A DNA stretch of 64,000 bases from an uncultured delta proteobacterium (GTDB lineage: Bacteria > Desulfobacterota > Binatia > Binatales > Binataceae). Position numbers and translations under genes: made by a program. This document shows positions 18,637 to 26,903 of this stretch, piece by piece (positions within the stretch are counted from its first letter, which is position 1; every line of letters begins with the position of its first letter). The stretch spans positions 1,312,001 to 1,376,000 of the forward strand of contig CAWJET010000001.1 of assembly GCA_963842085.1 (NCBI GenBank). The letters run 5' to 3'. The notes beneath the pieces were generated by a model. That model was not told where the DNA came from, made no database searches, and saw nothing but the letters and a program-made list of their open reading frames with translations.

Positions 18637-18653
18637 TGGCAACTATAGTGTCA
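18637..18653. promoter_or_regulatory. Putative operator, copy 2 (TGGCA-N7-TGTCA)
   Basis: aataTGGCAactatagTGTCAat between the divergent sulfatase and MBL hydrolase genes. Confidence 0.65.
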
Positions 18654-18701
18654 ATTGATTGCACGAGCAACCGTTATGACACTCATCCCCACTGACTTCT
18701 G

Positions 18702-19812
18702 ATGCCGCGATTCCCACGAAGACTGATGCTCGGTGGCGCCGCCCTCGCGCTGCTGGCTGCCATCGCCTGGTGGCTCATTCACGTGCCCGCGGTGCAGGAC
18801 GCGATGTTCCGGCGCGCAATCGACTACAACCTGGCGGCGACCCGCAACGACCTGGTCGCGCCGGACGCCCTTCGTGTCGTGTTGTGCGGCACGGGAAACC
18901 CCCTGGCCGCTCGCGAGCGCGCGGACGCGTGCACGGCGGTCTTCGCGGGCGGCAACTTCTACCTGGTCGACGTCGGACCCGGAGCGTGGAAGAACCTCGC
19001 GCTGTGGCATATCCCGGCAGCGCGGCTCGCGGCCGTGATGCTCACCCATTTTCATTCGGATCACATCGGCGATCTCGGCGAAGCCAATCTGGAGACCTGG
19101 GCGCAGGGCCGGGACCATCCGCTGCGGGTGTACGGTCCGCCGGGCGTCGAGCAGGTGGTTGGCGGATTCGCGCAGGCATACGCGCTGGACGAGGGCTACC
19201 GCGTCGCGCATCACGGCGCCGCCCTGATGCCGCCCGCGAACTGGAAGATGGAGCCGCTCGCCGTGAAAATCGAGACGCCGCCCGGAGCGTCGTCATGCGC
19301 AGGCGGTTCGGCGACGGTCCTTGAAGAGAACGGGCTCAAGATCACCGCATTCACCGTCGACCACCGGCCGGTCGCCCCCGCCTACGGCTATCGCTTCGAC
19401 TACAAAGGACGCTCGGTGGTGGTTGAGCGGCGATACTGTGAAGTGCGCCAACCTTGTGGCGGCCGCCACCGGTGCCGACGTGCTGATACACGAAGCGCAG
19501 AACGCGCATCTGGTGAAGCTGATCGAGGAGGCAGCCCGCCGCGATGGTAACGCGCGCGTGGCCAAAATCATGAGCGACATCCTCCGCTACCACACGACAC
19601 CCGTCGAGGCCGCATCCGAAGCGAACCAGGCCGGTGTTGCGCTGCTCGTGCTGAGCCACATCGGTCCACCGACGCCCAACGCGCTCGTACGAACCGCGTT
19701 CATGCGCGGCGTTGCGGCGGTGAGGCCGCGCGGCGTCGTGCTCGGCTACGACGGGATGCCGCTGACGCTGCCTGCGGGTACCAAGGAGATCGATACTTCC
19801 TCGATCCAGTGA
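18702..19812 (+). pseudogene. RNase Z/AtsA-like MBL-fold hydrolase with a +1 frameshift near 19422
   Basis: Frame 1 has LCGTG, VDVGPG, THFHSDHIGD and VDHRP. Frame 2 continues SGDT, DVLIHEA, YHTT and LSH. Removing one base from gtggtggttgagcggcgat restores VV(V/L)SGDT. Confidence 0.8.
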
Positions 19813-19876
19813 AGAGTTCCGAGCCGGCGCCGGCTGCACCATATATTGACATGTAAAATGTCAATATATCAGCCTT
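19648..19876 (+). repeat. Direct repeat copy A (3' end of the MBL gene plus operator)
   Basis: Aligns by eye with 24380-24550. Confidence 0.85.
19841..19869. promoter_or_regulatory. Putative operator, copy 3 (perfect 12-bp-arm palindrome)
   Basis: ATATATTGACAT-gtaaa-ATGTCAATATAT. Confidence 0.8.
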
Positions 19877-19999
19877 CATCCAAAATCGAAATTCCATTAC
19901 ATTCTGACAGTTCTGACGAACTTTCAGTGAGTCTAATCGCATCTCCAGTAGCCTTTTATGTCTACGGATGGTAAGGATACGCTTCGAGAGGTAACAAGG

Positions 20000-22900
20000 A
20001 TGGCATGGGTTTCAACCCGTTGGTTTAAAACGGGCTCGCGGGCAATCGCTCAATTCGTTTCAATCGCAATCGTTCTTTCGTTTGGATTCATCTGTACGGT
20101 TTCTGCCAGCGGAGCATCGAGTGACACGTCCCTTTCACCCAAGCGGCTGCTGACGTCCCCCGACGCCACAACCGACACATGCCCGGATCCCAATGGCGAT
20201 CCGCTCGGACCCGGCAATGCCGGCGTCGATTTGTTGGTGACCGGCGGCACCTGCATGGTGAACACCGGTTCGTATATGTACCGCAACATCAACATTATCA
20301 AAGGTGGAACGCTGCAGTTCAACGACGCGGCGATCGACCTTTACGCCGCCAATATCATCATCGAAAACGCGGGAACGATGCGCGCGGGCAGCGTCGACGC
20401 CACCACCGGCGTAATAACCCCGATCGCCGGACCGCTCAGGATTCACCTGTACGGCGCAAATCAAGGACCCGGCGGAGTGGGAGCAAGCTGCAAAACCGAC
20501 GCGACCTGCGGCGTTCCCAATAAAAATAAGGACGACATCTGGCAATCCAACGACACCATGAAGATGTACCCGGACAGTTGTAAGGAGACCAAAGGCCTGC
20601 CGGGTGGCGTCGACGACTGCTTTTACTCCTACGATGCGTTGCCTTTCGACAACGGCAAGCCCACCGACAGCAGCTTCAACCAGGCTGTCGGTTATTACGG
20701 CTACAAGGTGCTGGCAGTCGGTTATGGCGGGACACTTCAGCTTTACGGAAAGAAAGGCGCGACCTACGACACCAAGGTCGACCCGGCCAACACCGGCACC
20801 AGCTGGGCTCGGCTGAACAACTGCAATCCAAACGTGGACGATACAACCAAGCAGTGCAAGATGGGTGTGCTGCAACCGGGCGCGAACACGCTGATATTGT
20901 CGAAACCCGTCGACTGGCAGGTGAACGACAACATCGTCATCGCCTCGACCGACTATTTGCCAGGGCATGCCGAGCAGGTGCAGATAACCTGTGTCAACGA
21001 CAGCATGTTGTGCCCCGGCACGATGAAGTTCACTCCTGCCCTGAAGTTTCCCCACAACGCATCGGTTTACAGTCTGAGCAAGATCACCGGGGGACAGATA
21101 CCGACTGGTTGGACGTCGGTCGATACTCGCGCGGCGGTAGCGCTGCTGACCCGCAGCATTCGTATCGATTCGTATGGCGACACGGTGACCACCCCCTTTC
21201 CGGCGGCGCCTATGCCGCCGATAACCCCAGCCACCCAAGGCTATTACTTTGGCGGACACATGGTAATCCGTCAGGGGTTCGAGAAGGTTCAGATCCAGGG
21301 AGTTGAGTTCTACCAGATGGGGCAAGGTGGAAGGATCGGTCACTACCCGGTGCATTTCCACATGGCGCGCAAGGTTCCCACAACTACCTTTGTAAAGGAC
21401 GACTCGGTGTGGGATTCGATGACTCGATGGTACGTGCTGCATGCCACCCAGGGGGTTCTGATGGCACGCAACGTTGGCTATGAGTCGATCGGCCACGGTT
21501 ACTACCTGGAGGACGGCACCGAGACTAACAATAAGCTATATGCCAACGTCGGGATCTTTGCGCGCGCTGCCGTCACCAACATTCAGAATCCTCGTAACGT
21601 GCCGGGAATCTTAGCTGCACCGGATTATCCCTTGATTCCGCAGGCCCCGCCGATGCCTCCCCTGCAAGCCGGCCCGTCGGATGATGTGGTGCCCTACCAT
21701 TCGGACTGGGACCATCCGACTGTCTTCTGGATTATGAATGCCTGGAACGACTTCGAGAACAACATGGCTGCCGGCGCGGGGACCTGCGGAGTCTGCTACT
21801 GGGTCCTGCCGGGCATCAACAGCGGCATGTCGCGGAACATGAAATGGGAGTCCTATGCGTCCGAGCAGCAGCTGCCGGATGCCAAAACTTCCGGCGGCAC
21901 CACGCCGCTGCAAATCTTCACCGGCAACAGTTGTGTTTCCGCAATGTCTTCATTTTTGACGGTCGCCAACACGACGGCCTGTAATGGCGTTCAAATCGGA
22001 CCGAATTTGAACAATCCAGCCTTTCCGGTTCTGAATCAATCGGTGGTAACAGATACTACATCGCCCAACTACAACCTGGCTCCGTCTTCCAAAAGCGGAA
22101 CGACGATCGACCCAAGGACAGGGCTGTCCGCTGACAATTACTACCCGCATATCGGCGGTGGCGGGCGTTTCCCCACCACATGTCCTGACAAGGGCGACTG
22201 CAGCACTCAGAAAGTATGCAGCAGTGAGGATGAGGCGAATTGCGTAATCACCAACATCGACCACTACACCAGCTCTTTCAATTGGCAGGCGACAAACTTC
22301 GCCGCAATCTGGCTGCGGCCGTTGTGGTACTTGTTCATAAACAGTGCGCTTACGGACGTGCAGAACGGTGGAATTACTTTCGTAACCGGCGGCGGTTACA
22401 CTAAATCTGACGCCATCAACGGACATTGGGCGCTCGCCCGCAAAGACGTGTTTATCGGAAACACCCAAAACTCGGCAGCTAGCGGTGGGTTTGCATCGAA
22501 CGTGGGACCGTTCAACCCAGGGACCGGACTCAAGTGCGCGCAGATGCCCATGACCGCGGCGCCCGGCAATTATTGTCTGGACGCGGACGACGGCGTTTCA
22601 TTCGCACTGGCTACTTTCGCCAATAACCAGCGCCTTTTCAGTATCTACGACGGGCCCGCTTACGAGGATTCCAACGCCTATCTCGATATTACGCGCGCGA
22701 GTCTGCCCAACGACCCGGTCTTGGGATGCAACCCTCAACCCGATAGCGACTCCAGTCCCGACCACAATTGCGCCAATAGCGTCTATTCGCAAGCCGGCAA
22801 GATGTTGGGGATGCCCTATGATCCAATTAACAAGGTCTGCTATCTGCCCAATGCCGCCATTGCGTGGAAACAACCTAACGGATTCTACTACCCGCCTGCT

Positions 22901-24355
22901 TTCCACTCACGGAGCCTTTTTTTTAGTAATGTCGATATCCGCCACTTCGTCATCGAACCGTTGTTCAAGGATACTGGCCTCTTCGTGAGCAATCCGGTCA
23001 CGTCCAAACAGAGGTACTGCACCTATGACGCGTCGATGTTCACGGGCTTTACCGATATCGATCGGCAAACGGAGCTCAATGACGACGACGGTACGTTGAC
23101 CGGGCTCGTAGGACCGACCGCGCAGACCGGACTGGTAGGCTCGGTCTCGGTCAACCAGGACGCGTTTTTCAACGCACCCCTGCAAACTCCGGAATGCCTG
23201 TCCGACGTGGACGTGACTCCTACAAACTCGGTAACTGATCCCAAGACCTATGCAGGGACGGCGGTTACCAGTCCATACGACTATGTGACCACAGTGGTGT
23301 TTCCGGACTGTGCCGCTTCGGGAAAGAAGTGCGACAAAGAGAACAAGCCCGACTCGCTCTCGCCCTGGAACGCAGATTGTACCAATCAAAATTGTTATGG
23401 AGTCCCGCTTTACAGAGAAAACTTGATTCCCAAAGAGATCGAGACCTCGCCGATGGGAATCCCAATCCGGCTGATGGGTCAAGCCAATTTCCAGAGAAGC
23501 AGTTTGACCGTCAACAACGGCAGGTATTACGTCGACACAAGTCCGAGCAAGACGGCACAGTCACAGCAGTCCAACGTCAAGTTGTGGAACGTCTTTCAGA
23601 AGGGCGGCAAGTATTACGTTTTCCTGGTATTTGCCAAGGCTACGACCAAGCAGACTTATGACATATACGTTGGAAAGGGCTTCAAGAGGGATAACCCCGC
23701 GCAGTTGTGGCTGACGCGAGTCAAGCTGCCGAGTTCTTATGAATTCGATGACAAAGGGAAATTTCCCCAGGATCAGGTGACGTACGACGAGAACACCGGC
23801 ATCCTGTCTGTAACTTTGGACATGAGCAAGTTTCCAAACTTCGTCAAGGAATACGCCGACGAGAAGGAACACCAGTGCCAACCGAAGACCTTCTGCCAAT
23901 GGATCGCCAAACCCGCAACGGGCGAAGACAACTGTCAATGCGCGGACTCAATATTTTCCCCTCCCACTTCCACTTTTCAAACCGGCGAATGTAGCAAGAC
24001 TAAAGGCATCTGTAGCTGGGCCACCACAGATGTCGACTGCCCCAAAGGCGGCTGTTACGGATTCGGTGTTAAGCTCTCGGATAATTTCGACACTAGTGAT
24101 AACCCGCCGACCCCGGCGCCGCAGAACGTCGCGTGCTTGACCAGGCCTGTCCCGCCGCCAGACCCACCGCCGTTGTCGCCTTACGATGTCAAATGGACTC
24201 TAACGACTAACAGCTCAACCTGTAACTACGCTACGACAAATCCGGCAACTTTCTGCACCAGTCCGACCGGTGCCGGCCCCGAAGACTCAGGCAGCAGCCC
24301 GGACGCAACCGGCCCTGACGACTCAAACGGCAACGCTCCTGAGGACTCAAACTAA
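20000..24355 (+). CDS. Large secreted Cys-rich G8-domain/parallel beta-helix protein (CEMIP/TMEM2-like); alternative start at 19958
   Basis: Signal-like N-terminus and G8-like segment (INIIKGGTLQF, GGTLQLYG). The VALLTRSIRI, GGHM, GVEFYQMGQ-GHYPVHFH and IGHGYYLEDGTE-NN segments resemble CEMIP/TMEM2/PKHD1-family sequence. Confidence 0.8.
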   Translation: MAWVSTRWFKTGSRAIAQFVSIAIVLSFGFICTVSASGASSDTSLSPKRLLTSPDATTDTCPDPNGDPLGPGNAGVDLLVTGGTCMVNTGSYMYRNINIIKGGTLQFNDAAIDLYAANIIIENAGTMRAGSVDATTGVITPIAGPLRIHLYGANQGPGGVGASCKTDATCGVPNKNKDDIWQSNDTMKMYPDSCKETKGLPGGVDDCFYSYDALPFDNGKPTDSSFNQAVGYYGYKVLAVGYGGTLQLYGKKGATYDTKVDPANTGTSWARLNNCNPNVDDTTKQCKMGVLQPGANTLILSKPVDWQVNDNIVIASTDYLPGHAEQVQITCVNDSMLCPGTMKFTPALKFPHNASVYSLSKITGGQIPTGWTSVDTRAAVALLTRSIRIDSYGDTVTTPFPAAPMPPITPATQGYYFGGHMVIRQGFEKVQIQGVEFYQMGQGGRIGHYPVHFHMARKVPTTTFVKDDSVWDSMTRWYVLHATQGVLMARNVGYESIGHGYYLEDGTETNNKLYANVGIFARAAVTNIQNPRNVPGILAAPDYPLIPQAPPMPPLQAGPSDDVVPYHSDWDHPTVFWIMNAWNDFENNMAAGAGTCGVCYWVLPGINSGMSRNMKWESYASEQQLPDAKTSGGTTPLQIFTGNSCVSAMSSFLTVANTTACNGVQIGPNLNNPAFPVLNQSVVTDTTSPNYNLAPSSKSGTTIDPRTGLSADNYYPHIGGGGRFPTTCPDKGDCSTQKVCSSEDEANCVITNIDHYTSSFNWQATNFAAIWLRPLWYLFINSALTDVQNGGITFVTGGGYTKSDAINGHWALARKDVFIGNTQNSAASGGFASNVGPFNPGTGLKCAQMPMTAAPGNYCLDADDGVSFALATFANNQRLFSIYDGPAYEDSNAYLDITRASLPNDPVLGCNPQPDSDSSPDHNCANSVYSQAGKMLGMPYDPINKVCYLPNAAIAWKQPNGFYYPPAFHSRSLFFSNVDIRHFVIEPLFKDTGLFVSNPVTSKQRYCTYDASMFTGFTDIDRQTELNDDDGTLTGLVGPTAQTGLVGSVSVNQDAFFNAPLQTPECLSDVDVTPTNSVTDPKTYAGTAVTSPYDYVTTVVFPDCAASGKKCDKENKPDSLSPWNADCTNQNCYGVPLYRENLIPKEIETSPMGIPIRLMGQANFQRSSLTVNNGRYYVDTSPSKTAQSQQSNVKLWNVFQKGGKYYVFLVFAKATTKQTYDIYVGKGFKRDNPAQLWLTRVKLPSSYEFDDKGKFPQDQVTYDENTGILSVTLDMSKFPNFVKEYADEKEHQCQPKTFCQWIAKPATGEDNCQCADSIFSPPTSTFQTGECSKTKGICSWATTDVDCPKGGCYGFGVKLSDNFDTSDNPPTPAPQNVACLTRPVPPPDPPPLSPYDVKWTLTTNSSTCNYATTNPATFCTSPTGAGPEDSGSSPDATGPDDSNGNAPEDSN

Positions 24356-24379
24356 GGGCAGTCAGTGCAATAGGCGCTT

Positions 24380-24550
24380 GTGCTGAGCCCATCGGTCCGC
24401 CGACGCGCTCAGACGAATCGCGTTCATGCGCGGCGTTGCGACGGCAAGGCCGCGCGGCGTCGTCCCTGGCTTACGATGGGATGTTGCCGACGCTGCACGC
24501 GGGTTCCGGGGCGATCGTATTGACATATAAAATGCCAATATATTAGCGTT
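24380..24550 (+). repeat. Direct repeat copy B (degenerate MBL 3' end plus operator)
   Basis: gtgctgagcc-atcggtcc-cgacgc...cgttcatgcgcggcgttgcg...ggccgcgcggcgtcgt...gacgctgc...tattgacat...aatatat matches 19648-19876 with substitutions and deletions. Confidence 0.85.
24521..24537. promoter_or_regulatory. Putative operator, copy 4 (TGACA-N7-TGCCA), overlapping a TTGACA -35 box
   Basis: tatTGACAtataaaaTGCCAatatat upstream of the GST gene. Confidence 0.7.
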
Positions 24551-24595
24551 GGCGAGCCTGTCGGGGCAGGAAAGTCCCACGGAGGAATAAGCAAA

Positions 24596-25594
24596 ATGGC
24601 CGACCGCTATCGTATCTTTGGCGCCGAGCTATCACCGTACTCGGTGAAGGTTCGTTCCTATTTCCGCTACAAGGCAATCCCGCACCGGTGGATCGTTCGC
24701 AACGCCGATAGCCAGGCCGAATACCAGAAATACGCCCGGCTCCCGATCGTGCCGCTGGTCGTCACGCCGGATAACGAAGGCCTTCAGGACTCGACGCCGA
24801 TAATCGAGCGGATGGAATCTCTGCACCCGCAGCCGTCGATTCATCCGTCGGATCCGGTTGCCGCCTTCGTCTCGGTGCTGCTCGAAGAATTCGGCGACGA
24901 ATGGGGCAACAAGTGGATGTTCCACTACCGCTGGGCACGCGAGGTCGATCAGCTCAGTTCCGCGGGACGAATCGCACGGATGATGATGCCGGCGGCGGAC
25001 GAGAAGCAGCTTGCAAGCGCGATCGCGCAAGTGCGTGAGCGAATGGTCGCGCGGGTCTGGTTTGTCGGCTCGAACGCGCAAACCGCGCCGCAAATCGAAG
25101 ACTCTTTTTGCGAGACTCTCCGAATCCTCGACGCACACCTGGCGAATCGCGCGTATCTCTTCGGCGCGCGGCCGAGCTTCGGTGACTTCGCAATGTGGGG
25201 CCAGCTCTACAACGCATGGACCGATCCTACTCCCGGCGCGCTCATCGAAGCCCGGGCGACCAACGTCCTGGCGTGGATCCATCGAATGCTGTGGCCGCGG
25301 GCGGAAGGCAATTTCGAGGAGTGGGCCAGTCTCGAGCCGACGCTGATGCCCCTGCTGGAGCGGCAGGTCGGCGCGTTGTTCATGCCGTGGACGATAGCCA
25401 ACGCTGCCGCTATCGCGGGTGGACGCGAGGAATTCAGCGTCGAGCTGGCCGGCCGCACCTGGACCCAAAAGCCGCAGAAGTATCACGCCAAGTCTCTCGG
25501 CGAGCTGCGCAGGAAATACGCCGCTCTGCCCGACAAGCAACGTATCGACGCAGTCCTGGATCGCGCGGGATGTCTTGCCGGCATGCGCGGCTGA
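24596..25594 (+). CDS. Glutathione S-transferase family protein
   Basis: SPYSVKVRSY, IVP, QDSTPII and YLFGARPSFGDF motifs. GGAGG RBS. Confidence 0.88.
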   Translation: MADRYRIFGAELSPYSVKVRSYFRYKAIPHRWIVRNADSQAEYQKYARLPIVPLVVTPDNEGLQDSTPIIERMESLHPQPSIHPSDPVAAFVSVLLEEFGDEWGNKWMFHYRWAREVDQLSSAGRIARMMMPAADEKQLASAIAQVRERMVARVWFVGSNAQTAPQIEDSFCETLRILDAHLANRAYLFGARPSFGDFAMWGQLYNAWTDPTPGALIEARATNVLAWIHRMLWPRAEGNFEEWASLEPTLMPLLERQVGALFMPWTIANAAAIAGGREEFSVELAGRTWTQKPQKYHAKSLGELRRKYAALPDKQRIDAVLDRAGCLAGMRG

Positions 25595-25644
25595 CTTCGC
25601 ACATGCTCGCCGCGCACGGTTCGCAAACCGATTGACGCAGGACG

Positions 25645-26238
25645 ATGAATATCGACTCTCCCACGCGCGAACAAACCGACGGGCGCCGCCGGCGCAGCGA
25701 ATCGAGCCGCAAACGAATCGTGCGCGCGATGCTCGAACTGATCGGCGCCGGCGATATCTCGCCGAGCGCCGAAAACGTCGCTGCGCGCGCGGGATTGGGC
25801 CTGCGCACGGTCTTCCGCCACTTTGAAAACATGGAGACGCTTTACCAGGAGATCAACGCGGCGATGGCCGCGGAGCTTCGGCCGGTAATCAAGGAGCCGT
25901 TCACGACTCCGGATTGGCGCGGGCATCTCGGCCAGATGGCGGAGCGCCGCGTCCGCATCTTCGAGCGAATCATGCCGTTCAAGATCGCTGCGGAGGTGCA
26001 TCGTCATCAGTCGCCGTTCCTCTCCCGCAAGGCGGAAGAGATGACGCGCGAGCAGCGGGCGGAGCTGGTGCGCGCCGTTCCGGCCGGCAAACGGGCGGAT
26101 GACGCCTTCTTCGAAGCGCTCGACCTGCTGCTGAGCTTCGAGACTTGGCGGCGGCTCAGAAAGGAGCAGAAATTGTCCGTGGCCCGCGCGCGACTCACGC
26201 TCGATTTGTTGCTCGACGCGCTGATGAAGGGCCGCTAG
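25645..26238 (+). CDS. TetR/AcrR-family transcriptional regulator
   Basis: DGRRRRSESSR...VAARAGLGLRTVFRHF helix-turn-helix. Confidence 0.92.
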   Translation: MNIDSPTREQTDGRRRRSESSRKRIVRAMLELIGAGDISPSAENVAARAGLGLRTVFRHFENMETLYQEINAAMAAELRPVIKEPFTTPDWRGHLGQMAERRVRIFERIMPFKIAAEVHRHQSPFLSRKAEEMTREQRAELVRAVPAGKRADDAFFEALDLLLSFETWRRLRKEQKLSVARARLTLDLLLDALMKGR

Positions 26239-26282
26239 AGACTGGCTCGCCTGTGCGAGTATCCGTCGTTCGTGCTCGACCT

Positions 26283-26849
26283 TCACGCCATCGGCTGGTA
26301 GCAGAGGAAGACCTTGCCATTGCCGAAGGTCCGCGACTTTGTCAGCTTCAGCGTCAGCATCTTTCTGATGCCGTCGAACATCGTCCGCCCCCGGCCCAGA
26401 ACGACGGGATTCACGACGACCTGGAATTCGTCGATCAAACCCTCCTGCGCCAATTGCGTGACGATGCTGCCGCTGCCCAGCATCGCCATGTCCTTGCCGG
26501 GCTCTTGCTTCATCTTGCGTATTTCCGCCGCCATGCCTTCCTTCACCAGCCTGGTATTGTTCCACGACGCATTGTCCAGCGTTCTGGAAAACACGACCTT
26601 CGGCATGCTGTTCATCCCTTCCGCCACGACGGGATCGTTCTTGAGCGCAATTGGCGTCGGCCAATAGCTGGCCATGAGCTCATAGGTAATCCTGCCGAAC
26701 AACAACTGGCCTCCGCCCCGCGCATTGTCTGCGATGAATGCGTTGAAGTCCGCATCGTCGTTGCCTCGATGAGCCCAACTGAAGTCGCCGTTGACGCCCG
26801 TGAAGTAGCCGTCCAGCGTCACGTTGTTGAAGGCGGTCAATTTCCGCAT
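26283..26849 (-). CDS. Dihydrofolate reductase-like (RibD C-terminal domain) protein
   Basis: VTLDGY, LFGRITYE, KVVFSRTL, GSGSI, GLIDE and PVVLGRG motifs. AGGAG RBS. Confidence 0.88.
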   Translation of the reverse strand: MRKLTAFNNVTLDGYFTGVNGDFSWAHRGNDDADFNAFIADNARGGGQLLFGRITYELMASYWPTPIALKNDPVVAEGMNSMPKVVFSRTLDNASWNNTRLVKEGMAAEIRKMKQEPGKDMAMLGSGSIVTQLAQEGLIDEFQVVVNPVVLGRGRTMFDGIRKMLTLKLTKSRTFGNGKVFLCYQPMA

Positions 26850-26903
26850 GTCGCTTCTCCTCTTCGATCGGTTGACGACCTGGAGCATCAGAACGCAAGC
26901 ACG

